59,565 nt of DNA from Chloroherpeton thalassium (GTDB taxonomy: Bacteria; Bacteroidota; Ignavibacteria; Kapaibacteriales; UBA2268), in assembly GCA_020722095.1 (NCBI GenBank), contig DYLM01000005.1:1-59565 (forward strand), given 5' to 3'. Below are positions 28,063 to 37,459 of the stretch, in pieces. The notes beneath the pieces are model-generated. The model ran no database searches. It was not told the DNA's origin and saw only the letters and a list, made by a program, of their open reading frames with translations. Within the stretch, counting starts at the first letter, position 1. Every line of letters begins with the position of its first letter. The translations under genes were made by a program, and so were the position numbers.

Positions 28063-29161
28063 CTATAACAATATCTACATCTGATTGTTCCATCTTTAAA
28101 TGGCAAGGAAGTGTTATTAAATTTTCATAGACTTTTTCCGTAACAGGAAGTGGATCAACAACATATTTAGAGAATATCTCATATTTGTGATTAGGTATAT
28201 AATGAACTCCTGGATATATTCTTTGCTGATTCAATTCCTTCAACAATTTATTTCTATCTCCTTGCACAAAGCCTGCAGCAAGATGACCAGAATGGCAAGC
28301 CCCATTATAAAATGCAACCATTTTAACATTAATTAAACGTTTAGAATATTGTTCGATTATATGCCTACGATAAGAATTGTCATATTCTAAAGTTTCCAAA
28401 TTCCCTAAACAAATAGCAGCAGTCAAATCATTCATGTGATATTTATATCCAAGACAATCAACTCCATATTCCCAAGAATAATTTCCTTCACTAAATCTTG
28501 ATGAAGTATCTTTATTAATTCCCATCCATCTCAATTTCATTGCTCTTTTATATATTTCCTCATTATCTGTAACTAACATTCCTCCATCTGGAGAAGCAAG
28601 ATTTTTAACAGCATGAAAAGAAAATACTGATATATCTCCTGCTGTCCCTACCATTGTTCCTGTATCAGAGTATCTTGCTCCTAAAGCGTGTGCACAATCT
28701 TCTATGACAAAAATGCTTTTCTTTTTTTCTTTTATTTTTTGTATATTACCAAAATCAATAGGATAACCACCATAATGAACAATCATTGCTGCATCAAAAG
28801 ATTTAAAATAAGGATTGATAAGTAATTCATCAATATTCAAATTAACAGTTTCTGGGCATACATCAATAAAATAAGGAATTGAATTACAATATAAAATAAC
28901 AGCATTAGTAGAAACAAAAGTCATCGAAGTAGTAGCCACAACAGAACCTTTTTTAAGACCTCCACATATCGCAGCCAGATGAAGCGCTGAAGTACAACTA
29001 TTAGTTGCTACAGCATATTTTCTACCTATGTATTTCGCAAATTTTTCTTCAAATTCTTTAGTTTTCTTCCCCATTCCAACCCAACCACTATTAAGAACTT
29101 CATTGGCATAAACTTTAGCTTTTTCATTAATAACACTTTCAAATACATAAATACTTTTCAT
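28040..29161 (-). CDS. DegT/DnrJ/EryC1/StrS-family PLP-dependent sugar aminotransferase
   Basis: Motifs include NSGWVGMGKKTKEFE, CTSALHLA, EDCAHALGA and SFHAVKN (PLP lysine). The preferred start is ATG at 29161 after GGAGGGGG, sharing 1 nt with the upstream stop. Confidence 0.8.
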   Translation of the reverse strand: MKSIYVFESVINEKAKVYANEVLNSGWVGMGKKTKEFEEKFAKYIGRKYAVATNSCTSALHLAAICGGLKKGSVVATTSMTFVSTNAVILYCNSIPYFIDVCPETVNLNIDELLINPYFKSFDAAMIVHYGGYPIDFGNIQKIKEKKKSIFVIEDCAHALGARYSDTGTMVGTAGDISVFSFHAVKNLASPDGGMLVTDNEEIYKRAMKLRWMGINKDTSSRFSEGNYSWEYGVDCLGYKYHMNDLTAAICLGNLETLEYDNSYRRHIIEQYSKRLINVKMVAFYNGACHSGHLAAGFVQGDRNKLLKELNQQRIYPGVHYIPNHKYEIFSKYVVDPLPVTEKVYENLITLPCHLKMEQSDVDIVIDAVNDIL

Positions 29162-29781
29162 CACAGAGCCCCCTCCTTGTCCATTTTTGTTATTAAAGAT
29201 AAATACCATTTCTCTATTACACAATCATTTTCGACAATCAAATTTGATTGTTTTAAAAATTCTTGAAATTCTTTCATTTTTGGATCTATAATTCTCTTTA
29301 AAGGATTATTAGATCTTGTTTTTCTTAGTTGAAATCCAAAAATAATCTTTCCTTTATCGTTCAGCATATTAACTGCCTTTTGGGCAAATCCCAAATAATC
29401 TTCAACAAATTCTAATACATTGTGACAAATAATTAAATCAAATTTATGATTTTCTAATTCAATTATTTTCTCATTACTACAGAAAGAAGCTTGTATTGTT
29501 TTGATCCAATTACAATATTCTTTTGCAATTTTTAATCCAATTTCGCTAAAATCCAAACAAACAAAATCTCTATTCTGAAAAGAAAAACCTCTTTTCTTTA
29601 ATATGAAAGAGACCACACCAATTCCACAACCTATATCTAAAACACGATTGTGCTTATTCTTGAATACCCAATCGCATATTTTATTATATGCTCCACCATA
29701 ATCTTTTGCCAAGTTTGAAGGATTAATATTTTTTTGTTTGAATTTCTCATTCCAATATTCTGGGCAATTTTCTGCCTTCAT
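29161..29781 (-). CDS. Class I SAM-dependent methyltransferase
   Basis: Motif I is RVLDIGCGIGVVS. The start ATG at 29781 follows AAGGAG and overlaps the upstream stop (ATGA). Confidence 0.7.
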   Translation of the reverse strand: MKAENCPEYWNEKFKQKNINPSNLAKDYGGAYNKICDWVFKNKHNRVLDIGCGIGVVSFILKKRGFSFQNRDFVCLDFSEIGLKIAKEYCNWIKTIQASFCSNEKIIELENHKFDLIICHNVLEFVEDYLGFAQKAVNMLNDKGKIIFGFQLRKTRSNNPLKRIIDPKMKEFQEFLKQSNLIVENDCVIEKWYLSLITKMDKEGAL

Positions 29782-30761
29782 CTTTTCTCCTTCCATCTTT
29801 CATATATATCCAACAATTCTTTTGCTCTGTGATAATAAGTATGGTGATTTTCAATTAACTTTCTTCCTGAATCCCCTATCATTTGGGCTTTTTCTTCATT
29901 ATTAATCACCCAATCAACTTTCTCTATTAATTCTTTAATATTTCTGAATACAATTATATTTTCTCCATCTCGAAAAAAATTTTCTATTCCTTTATAATTA
30001 TGACAGACATAAGGTTTTCCACAAGCCATAGAATTCCACGTTCTGTTACTTGTATAATTCAAAATTTCGTCAAAAGCACTTATCCCCAAAACTGCTTTTG
30101 ATTTAGATACTACTTTAGAAAATTCTTTTCCATATTTATAACCAAGATAGTGTATTCTTGGAATATATTTCCAACTTGATGGTCCACAAACTGCTACATT
30201 AAATTTTTTTGCCAATTCTTGAATACATTCTAATCTGAATCTTGATAAAGGGAATCTATCTTTATAATTCCCTCCAACAAAAATTATATCCCAAATAACT
30301 TTCTCTTTTTTAGGAGAATAAACATCCAAATCCGTAGCAGTATGATATTCATATATATTTTTAACGCCAAATTTTTTATATTCTTCCCATTGTTTTGGAT
30401 GTTTATTATTTATCAAAATAGCATCACATACCTTACCAAGCCTTGAAGTAATTATACTTGCATTACCAGTTTGATCTCCATTGAATGTTACAATAAAAAT
30501 ATGCGGAAACAATCTTTTGATACGATGTAATACACAAGAAAATATCCTTTCTCCTTTATTAATAAATATTATATCAGGAACATCATTAATTATACATTCC
30601 TGCAAATAAATATTCATTAAAGTTATATCCTTATGATAAGTGTTACGAAAATCAAATATTTGAGTATCAAATATTCTTTCAAATCCATCTTTTCTATAAA
30701 AATCAGATATCCAAATTCCTTCAAACACACCTACATATAACAATTTATATTTCACATTCAT
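29778..30761 (-). CDS. CgeB/Glyco_trans_1_2-like glycosyltransferase
   Basis: The C-terminal segment NRTWNSMACGKPYVCHNYKGIENFFRDGENIIVF...HHTYYHRAKELL matches the CgeB-type signature. Confidence 0.6.
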   Translation of the reverse strand: MNVKYKLLYVGVFEGIWISDFYRKDGFERIFDTQIFDFRNTYHKDITLMNIYLQECIINDVPDIIFINKGERIFSCVLHRIKRLFPHIFIVTFNGDQTGNASIITSRLGKVCDAILINNKHPKQWEEYKKFGVKNIYEYHTATDLDVYSPKKEKVIWDIIFVGGNYKDRFPLSRFRLECIQELAKKFNVAVCGPSSWKYIPRIHYLGYKYGKEFSKVVSKSKAVLGISAFDEILNYTSNRTWNSMACGKPYVCHNYKGIENFFRDGENIIVFRNIKELIEKVDWVINNEEKAQMIGDSGRKLIENHHTYYHRAKELLDIYERWKEKR

Positions 30762-32008
30762 TTAATTACTTCTATCCTCTTCAGATTTTCCCCTTTATCC
30801 AAATTGATATATTCAGGAATATGCATATTAACAGAATCCATACGATATGTATCTGCATCTATAACCATATTACTAACAGTAGTTAGTATAGTAGATGCTC
30901 TGTCTTTAAAAGTATGATTTTTAGCAATTTGATTTCCTTTTCTTATTATTTCCAAAGCTGCTTTTTTATTTCTTAAATAAAAATTACACAGTTCTTTGAA
31001 TTCCTCCATATTAGAATATTGTATATCAATATCTCCAAAAATATCTTCAATTCCAATATTTTTTCTGATTATAGGAAGTCCTCCAGAAGCAAAAACATCA
31101 AATAATTTCATTGGAACAAATCCATTATCTTCTGATGTTTCGTGCCCATCTATCAAAACAATTTTAGCAGTTCTATATAAAACATTAAGTTTTTCATATG
31201 GATAATATTGCCCTGAAATCCAATTCTTAGGAATATAAGTATATTTTGGCAATTCCCATTTGGCTCCCCATATATTTATTTTACAATTTTTTCCAATACC
31301 AGAGTCAACTAACATTTTTGCAGAAATTCTACCATAAGGAGCTTCTGCTCCTCTGGCATTAGCAACCATTACAATATCATATTCTGAACCATATTCAAGA
31401 CCATCAGGGATAACATGATTTGTACAAGAAAACAAAGGAAAAGAAGCAACATATCTATGTAGTTCTTGCACTTTTGGCAGGTACTGTTTCGATAAACAAA
31501 ATATGTAATCATATTTACTTGCTTCTGATTTTGTCCATTTTTCCGGATGTGAATATAACCAACAAACATTAAAAGAAGTTGGATTATAACTTGCTATTCC
31601 ACTTTCTTTATGAAGAAATGGAGACCCAAATAAATATACTGTTATATCTGCTTGTGGAGGTGGAACTTCAACTACACATCCAAATTTCTCAAATTCTTTT
31701 AACAATTGAACCTTAACCCAATGATCACCCCAACACATTCTTGTTCTTTGGTCTATATCTGACCAAGATACTACATTTATTCTCCAATCAACATATCTCG
31801 GATTTGTTTTAATAATTTCTTGCAATGATCTTATTTTCTCATTACGATTTACACACTGTTTTTTATTTATTTGTTTTTTATCTGTAACAAATTCTGAATT
31901 TATCATATTATTAAAAGTAAAAACCTTTGTTGGAAGTCCAGGTTTTATATCTGGATTCAATATATGCTTATTCCCATTCTGGATAGCATCATTTCTGAAA
32001 TCACTCAT
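30758..32008 (-). CDS. Glycosyltransferase (GT1/CgeB-like C-terminal domain)
   Basis: The segment MKLFDVFASGGLPIIRKNIGIEDIFG...NHTFKDRASTIL supports the call. It has ATGA overlaps on both sides. Confidence 0.55.
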   Translation of the reverse strand: MSDFRNDAIQNGNKHILNPDIKPGLPTKVFTFNNMINSEFVTDKKQINKKQCVNRNEKIRSLQEIIKTNPRYVDWRINVVSWSDIDQRTRMCWGDHWVKVQLLKEFEKFGCVVEVPPPQADITVYLFGSPFLHKESGIASYNPTSFNVCWLYSHPEKWTKSEASKYDYIFCLSKQYLPKVQELHRYVASFPLFSCTNHVIPDGLEYGSEYDIVMVANARGAEAPYGRISAKMLVDSGIGKNCKINIWGAKWELPKYTYIPKNWISGQYYPYEKLNVLYRTAKIVLIDGHETSEDNGFVPMKLFDVFASGGLPIIRKNIGIEDIFGDIDIQYSNMEEFKELCNFYLRNKKAALEIIRKGNQIAKNHTFKDRASTILTTVSNMVIDADTYRMDSVNMHIPEYINLDKGENLKRIEVIK

Positions 32009-32814
32009 GGCAATCTCATTTGTTTACGTTCATATTCTGCTTTTTCCAAAGCCCCTTGTATAATAGACAATCTTCTTTTAACAAATTCTTCTCTATTTCC
32101 ACCTGGTTTTTCTTTCTGTCTAAATTCATTATATCCGCTATTCAAATATGTTCGTATTTCATTTAATGGATTGTTTGCAGCATCCATATCTACACAATAT
32201 CTTCTCATAGGAGCTAACACCAATGTATTGCTATATGCCATTTTTTTAATAAAATCAGGCGCCCAAAATCCTACATATTTTCCTCTTCCATCAGAAGCAA
32301 CATTCATTTTAAATGGACCAAGTCTTTCATACAGAGTCCTTTTCATATAAAATCCAGCAAGACCACCCCCTTCCAGCCTCATGCCAATTCTTTTTCCCTC
32401 TTTTATCATATATTCTTTTATAGCATCAGGATTAAGAGGACTGGAATAATAAAATGGTATGCATTCCACATTAGGAAAGGCATTAATAATTTTTTGTGCC
32501 TCTATGTCCCAATCTCTATGCATATAAAAATCATCACAAAGCAATAAAAACCAATCTGACTTGCTTGCATTTATTCCAATATTATTTCCTTCGGCACTTC
32601 CAACATTATTTTCAAGTAATATTAATTTAGAAATTAATCCTCTGTCATACATTTCTTTAAGCCAATTCACAGTCCCATCTGTAGAATGCTGATCAACAAC
32701 AATTATTCTACGTTTTAAAGTTACAGATGCCCAAACAGACCAAAAACATTTCTTCAAATATTCAAGTCTGTTATAAGTTACAATAATAATATCATTAATA
32801 ATTTCTGTTCCCAT
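32005..32814 (-). CDS. Family 2 glycosyltransferase
   Basis: Motifs are IIIVTYNRLEYLKKCFWSV, VVDQHSTDGT and LLCDDF (DxD-like). Confidence 0.75.
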   Translation of the reverse strand: MGTEIINDIIIVTYNRLEYLKKCFWSVWASVTLKRRIIVVDQHSTDGTVNWLKEMYDRGLISKLILLENNVGSAEGNNIGINASKSDWFLLLCDDFYMHRDWDIEAQKIINAFPNVECIPFYYSSPLNPDAIKEYMIKEGKRIGMRLEGGGLAGFYMKRTLYERLGPFKMNVASDGRGKYVGFWAPDFIKKMAYSNTLVLAPMRRYCVDMDAANNPLNEIRTYLNSGYNEFRQKEKPGGNREEFVKRRLSIIQGALEKAEYERKQMRLP

Positions 32815-32821
32815 ATATCAT

Positions 32822-33352
32822 CTATGGTTTAATTGATTCACAAATTATATCACCATTTGGGCGATATTCAACATGCTTTTTATTTGTCACTCTGGTTTCA
32901 CAAACTACACAACTTTCTACTTGAAATTTTGCTTTTTGCAAATAATATTTTAACAATCCTACTGTAAAAAGATTTCTATTCAGCATTCCAGAACCTTTAT
33001 CTTCCCATCCCAATACATTTCTTATGCCCCAATTTTTAAGATATTCATAATCATTATTTTCTTGTGATCTCAACCACTCTTGCAAATATATAACAGCATT
33101 AGGGCACCTTATAGTGAGTCTTCCTTGGTGGATAAGAATATTATACCAATGAGCAAGAGCTTTTTGAAAATGTTCAGGAGATATATGTTCAATCATATGA
33201 GATGTATAAATTCGAGAAACAGAATTAGGATCAAATCCTGTTTCTGAACAATCTGCTTTTATATCTGCTCTTGGATCATATAAATCTACAGTTATATATC
33301 CTAATTTACTTATTCCTGCTCCTATTTCTAAACAAATTCCTTTATTATTCAT
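32822..33352 (-). CDS. SAM-dependent methyltransferase
   Basis: Motif I is CLEIGAGISKLG and an acidic loop is VDLYD. The size (176 aa) is typical of the Methyltransf_11/23 type. Confidence 0.65.
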   Translation of the reverse strand: MNNKGICLEIGAGISKLGYITVDLYDPRADIKADCSETGFDPNSVSRIYTSHMIEHISPEHFQKALAHWYNILIHQGRLTIRCPNAVIYLQEWLRSQENNDYEYLKNWGIRNVLGWEDKGSGMLNRNLFTVGLLKYYLQKAKFQVESCVVCETRVTNKKHVEYRPNGDIICESIKP

Positions 33353-35637
33353 TTGACATCCCTAATGTCTGATTGATTATAATAAGGGTGCAATTTTAAT
33401 ATATCTGGAATAGAAAAAATATCTATATCTTCTGCCCAACTTCTCACTATCTGAGTTGGTTGAGTAGAATCAGAATGTTGTTTCCAATTTTCATATATCT
33501 TTTCTTTTACGACTTTTTCTATTCCTCTATTCTTATAATAACTCAATTTCTGATTAACATAATCTAATTTCCTGGCATATCCTGTATGATAAATAGGTTT
33601 CCCTTCCCAAATAGTTGTTACTACATATTGCTCTGTTACTGGACGATTATCATATTTTCTATTTTTAACAAAATAATTAAATGACCTTAGATGCCTCATC
33701 CCTTTTTGCCACTTCCAAACTCTGGGATGTTTTGTGCTCCACTTCCCTCCAGCATCTACTGCTTTTGTATGGAAATTAGTCCACAGGTGAATAAATGGCA
33801 TTTTTATCATTTCAACATTAGGATTATCAATCATATAATCAATCACTTTTTGTAACTCATCCCTGTGCCAAAATTCATCTGCGTCTATTTTTATATAAAT
33901 ATTCCCTCCCAGCTTATCAACTTTTTCAGCTATAGAATTTTGCATTTCTATTTTGTCTAACCAGACACCAGATTTAATAATAACAATTATTTTTCCACAA
34001 GGGTCTTGCAATCCATCTGAATTAATCAGCCAATCATATGTCCCATCATTACTGTGTCCGTTTTTTGAATATTTTTCATTCCCTTTCACTGCTCCTTCCA
34101 CTATAATAATGTTATCTACCAAATCATAAACATTTTTTATTACATATGGCAAATAATCAAAACAATTAAATGCAAGTATACCCACCACTATTTTTGCCCT
34201 TCTTTTATTGCTCAAAGCACTTAAAACAGAATCTAAACATATAAAAGGATTAGAAAACAAAGGCACACTCCCTTTTCTTTCAATTTTGTCTTTATGAACT
34301 TTTTCTAACACATTAACAAAATCTTCTGGATTTCCAAGTTCTGCATAGTGAAGATCATTTCCGTAAACTTCTCTCAATACTGGTAAATCATAGCATACAA
34401 CTTGTTTCCCCATATACAATGCTTCCATTGGAGGAATGCCAAAGCCTTCAAATTGGGAAGGATGGATGAGGGTTTTGCAAGAAGACAATATTTTATACTT
34501 TTCTAAATCATTTACAACTCCGTGAACAATTACTTTAACTTTAGTATTGACTCCATCATATTTATTAAGCACACGAATATCATCGTTTCTAACTTTTCCA
34601 ATAAAATGTACAACACATTTCATTCTTTTGTCCAATATTTTCAATATGTCAAATGGCTTAGCAAAATCGCTAAGTCTCTTACACATAACTATATCATCTG
34701 AATATTCTGGATAAGGAGAATTACCATTTGTCAAAACATCATTTGCTACATTGGTGTTTATACAAGGATAAACAACTTTATAAGAAACAGGATCATCATC
34801 TCTTAACCACTCCATTAAATATTTTTTACTTAAATTGGAAGGAGATATTCTTAAATCCGCAGCTTCAGCTGCTATTTTAAATGATTTCCAATATTCTTCT
34901 GTGCTATCTGGTCCATCATGATACAATTTCACAAAATTAGGAGACTCAAACATATATATAATCAATGGAAGATTCCATTTTTTAGAATATTCATAAGCAG
35001 CCACACCAGAAGCATGAGGAACCCCCAAAACAACATCGAATGAATTCCTTCTTTCTTTTAAACAAAAAGATGGATCTACAATATTCACTAATTTTTTAAA
35101 ACCAGAATAACTTTCAAAATCATTTTGAAAAGGAACAGTCCTATCCGTAACTAAAGTAACATGACAATAATCCGCCAAAAGAATTGCTTGTTGATATATA
35201 GAATATCTGCCACCAGTATAATAATTACTATTCTGATCCATGAAAATAGCAATTTTTGTTTCCTGTGATATCATAGTATTGAATGATTTCAAAGGAACAA
35301 GTTTTTTCAGCAAATCAGAATTTAATTGATTTGTTATCTTTGGATTAGTCAAATTTTGTGAAGATTGAGGTTGAAGATTAAATTTGGTTGGAGATATTAC
35401 AGAATTTATTCCAAGTAAATAAGATAAATTTTTAAGAACAGATAAAAATTGATTTGATCCCAAATGAGAAACAGTCTTCCAATTAAATTGAATATCTAAT
35501 GTTTCGTCTGTTCTTATTATGTAATTAATAATTTCTTTATAATTATCTGGAATGAGAATATATTCGGAATTTTTTTTTCCTACACCAACTACATCCGAAT
35601 TCAATATTCTTTTGTTTCCTGTATCATCTCTGTTCAT
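33349..35637 (-). CDS. Bifunctional glycosyltransferase (N-terminal GT4, C-terminal GT2)
   Basis: The GT4 E-x7-E region is HPSQFEGFGIPPMEALYMGKQVV. The GT2 region is IVVGILAFNCFDYLP...IKIDADEFW. The preferred start is ATG at 35637 after AGAGAGGA, because the track TTG start at 35679 lies in the capsid-gene terminator stem. Confidence 0.75.
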   Translation of the reverse strand: MNRDDTGNKRILNSDVVGVGKKNSEYILIPDNYKEIINYIIRTDETLDIQFNWKTVSHLGSNQFLSVLKNLSYLLGINSVISPTKFNLQPQSSQNLTNPKITNQLNSDLLKKLVPLKSFNTMISQETKIAIFMDQNSNYYTGGRYSIYQQAILLADYCHVTLVTDRTVPFQNDFESYSGFKKLVNIVDPSFCLKERRNSFDVVLGVPHASGVAAYEYSKKWNLPLIIYMFESPNFVKLYHDGPDSTEEYWKSFKIAAEAADLRISPSNLSKKYLMEWLRDDDPVSYKVVYPCINTNVANDVLTNGNSPYPEYSDDIVMCKRLSDFAKPFDILKILDKRMKCVVHFIGKVRNDDIRVLNKYDGVNTKVKVIVHGVVNDLEKYKILSSCKTLIHPSQFEGFGIPPMEALYMGKQVVCYDLPVLREVYGNDLHYAELGNPEDFVNVLEKVHKDKIERKGSVPLFSNPFICLDSVLSALSNKRRAKIVVGILAFNCFDYLPYVIKNVYDLVDNIIIVEGAVKGNEKYSKNGHSNDGTYDWLINSDGLQDPCGKIIVIIKSGVWLDKIEMQNSIAEKVDKLGGNIYIKIDADEFWHRDELQKVIDYMIDNPNVEMIKMPFIHLWTNFHTKAVDAGGKWSTKHPRVWKWQKGMRHLRSFNYFVKNRKYDNRPVTEQYVVTTIWEGKPIYHTGYARKLDYVNQKLSYYKNRGIEKVVKEKIYENWKQHSDSTQPTQIVRSWAEDIDIFSIPDILKLHPYYNQSDIRDVK

Positions 35638-35654
35638 GTTATCCTCTCTAAACT

Positions 35655-35708
35655 CAAAAATAAAAATCTCTGGTAGCAATCCTTTGGCGCATAAGGATGC
35701 TACCAGAG
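35655..35708 (-). terminator. Strong rho-independent terminator after the major capsid gene
   Basis: A 16-bp stem CTCTGGTAGCA(A)TCCTT/AAGGATGCTACCAGAG (35668-35708) is followed on the minus strand by ATTTTTATTTTT. It sits in an 84-nt unusually GC-rich stretch (35709-35791). Confidence 0.8.
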
Positions 35709-35791
35709 TCGGAGGCAGCCACTACCAGTCGGCATCTGGCTTGTGAGGGGAACACACACAATTCGTGGCTATGGGACATTCTATGAACTGT

Positions 35792-36799
35792 TTAGCTCTC
35801 CGTAGATGGTGTATCCAGCGACCAAATCTGGCAAATTGCATCTTGGTGTTCTACTGCCATATCTGCTCTTTGACTGATTACGATGCGCCTTGCATCATAT
35901 TCAATCATATCTTCAGATTTTAACTTGATCAGTCTACGGTCACCAATTATTACATTGGATTTATGCGTTCCAACAGCATAACCATCAGTACAAAAATCAC
36001 TTTGTATGACAGTCACCTTGCCATAAATCTTTCCAAATTCACCAGTAAAGATTGTGGCATTTGGTCCATATTTATCCAATGTAACCAATTTAGGATCATC
36101 AAGCAGTTGATTAGCGCTCCACGGATTGACAATCAAGACAATATCACTCATTCGCCTACCATATTTCCCCAAATTATAGAGAAGTTGGCGAACAAGAAGA
36201 GTAGACATCTCTACACCAGATGCATTCACACGATTAGCAGCACGGTTTCCAGAACTCAGCGTTCCTACAATATCGCCACCTAAAGTCAGCAATCCATTCC
36301 ATGCCAATCGATGATCTTTTGAATACCAGTTAGCATCTGATGCTGCTGCTTCTGAAACTGCTGTTGCAGTATGAGACCTATCTCCCACAATACAAGTCTC
36401 TTCTTCTGCTTCTGCCATTCCAGCAGCAAAATGATTTCGGAAAATAGCATTCATGTCTTGAGAAGCATCTTCAAATATTTCCTCAGATGCTTTCAACTGA
36501 GCCATGAATTTGCGTGCAGTCATTCGGACTGTTCCGGTAGTCATTGCTGTTTCAACTGCTTCTACTGTTGCCTCTGTGCTCTCATAATATACCTGTGGAC
36601 CACTCAAGATTTTTGGAAAATCAAGTGTTTTTCCAGGCATGTATATGGTTCGGAAAACTTGTCGAAAAAACATTTGCTCCCGCACCAAATCAATGAATGT
36701 TCTTGCAAGAGGAGTTGGTAAAAAGTCTCCACCAGTTCCGCCAGTGGTGTTAAGAGCTTTTTGCAAAGCGTCTCGCAACTCATGATTATTTAGTTCCAT
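35792..36799 (-). CDS. Major capsid protein, HK97 fold
   Basis: GGTGGDFLPTPLARTFIDLVREQMFFRQVF...LDFPK has the look of the HK97 capsid family, and the position after protease/scaffold fits. The preferred start is ATG at 36799 (MELNNHEL), rather than the track TTG at 36838. Confidence 0.8.
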   Translation of the reverse strand: MELNNHELRDALQKALNTTGGTGGDFLPTPLARTFIDLVREQMFFRQVFRTIYMPGKTLDFPKILSGPQVYYESTEATVEAVETAMTTGTVRMTARKFMAQLKASEEIFEDASQDMNAIFRNHFAAGMAEAEEETCIVGDRSHTATAVSEAAASDANWYSKDHRLAWNGLLTLGGDIVGTLSSGNRAANRVNASGVEMSTLLVRQLLYNLGKYGRRMSDIVLIVNPWSANQLLDDPKLVTLDKYGPNATIFTGEFGKIYGKVTVIQSDFCTDGYAVGTHKSNVIIGDRRLIKLKSEDMIEYDARRIVISQRADMAVEHQDAICQIWSLDTPSTES

Positions 36800-36856
36800 T
36801 ATTACAATCCTTAATAAAAGGAGAATGTCGGCATTCAACCGAAAAAAAAGGAATTA

Positions 36857-37459
36857 TTAACGATTAGGAATCATCATCTGTGCCATGGTAGAAGTCAGAA
36901 TAGACATTCTATCCTCTGCTGACATCGCATTCCACTGATCTTCACTAATCTCGCTGGCATCCAAATTAATTGCTCCATCAGGCAAAGGAGCATCTTGTGC
37001 CAAATTCTTGATCAAACGATTGTCCTTACCAATCACAAAAGATTTACGTATTGGTTTTGGAGCTTGCTGTGCTTTGAATGCAGCTTCAACAGCCTTCTGA
37101 ATTGTTTCAGCAAGACTATCAGCACTTTGATTTTGTGTAGCAGTTGGAGCTGTTGGAGTTGCTGGAGTTGTAGTTTCTGTAGTTTTAGTTAACTCTTCTT
37201 TATCTGCCAATCCCTTTACCAATTCTGCAAGCTGAGTAATAGGATCAACCAGAGTTTGTAATGCCTTAGTCAAAGTTTCCTGTGTAACATACTGAGATTG
37301 CCCATCCAACTGAGCTGCTTTAGCAATTGTTTCAGTAGGTTTAGAAACCTGACTAAAAACATCTGCAGCAAGACCAGTGGTAAAATTTTTAACCAATTGT
37401 TCTACTTTTTCGTTGATTTGCTTGCCTGTTAATTTTTCCATAAAGACAAGTCCTTTCAC
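36857..37459 (-). CDS. Scaffolding or head decoration protein with a Thr/Pro-rich tract
   Basis: It lies between the protease and capsid genes and is helical and Q/A/K-rich. It carries the tract TKTTETTTPATPTAPTAT. The start is either 37459 (GTG) or 37441 (ATG). Confidence 0.5.
   Translation of the reverse strand: MKGLVFMEKLTGKQINEKVEQLVKNFTTGLAADVFSQVSKPTETIAKAAQLDGQSQYVTQETLTKALQTLVDPITQLAELVKGLADKEELTKTTETTTPATPTAPTATQNQSADSLAETIQKAVEAAFKAQQAPKPIRKSFVIGKDNRLIKNLAQDAPLPDGAINLDASEISEDQWNAMSAEDRMSILTSTMAQMMIPNR

Noticed and set aside
35638-35679. TTG-initiated 14-codon N-terminal extension of the first glycosyltransferase, and similar extensions at 25021, 36838, 39231, 53279 and 57184
   Set aside because: The extensions run through terminator stems or lack an RBS. 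In-frame ATGs a few codons downstream are preceded by GGAGG/AAGGAG-type sites.
35709-35791. GC-rich 80-nt stretch after the capsid gene as a possible tRNA
   Set aside because: I could not fold it into a cloverleaf with acceptor, D, anticodon and T arms, and no GTTC-type T-loop was seen. It is better explained as a structured 3' UTR ahead of the terminator.
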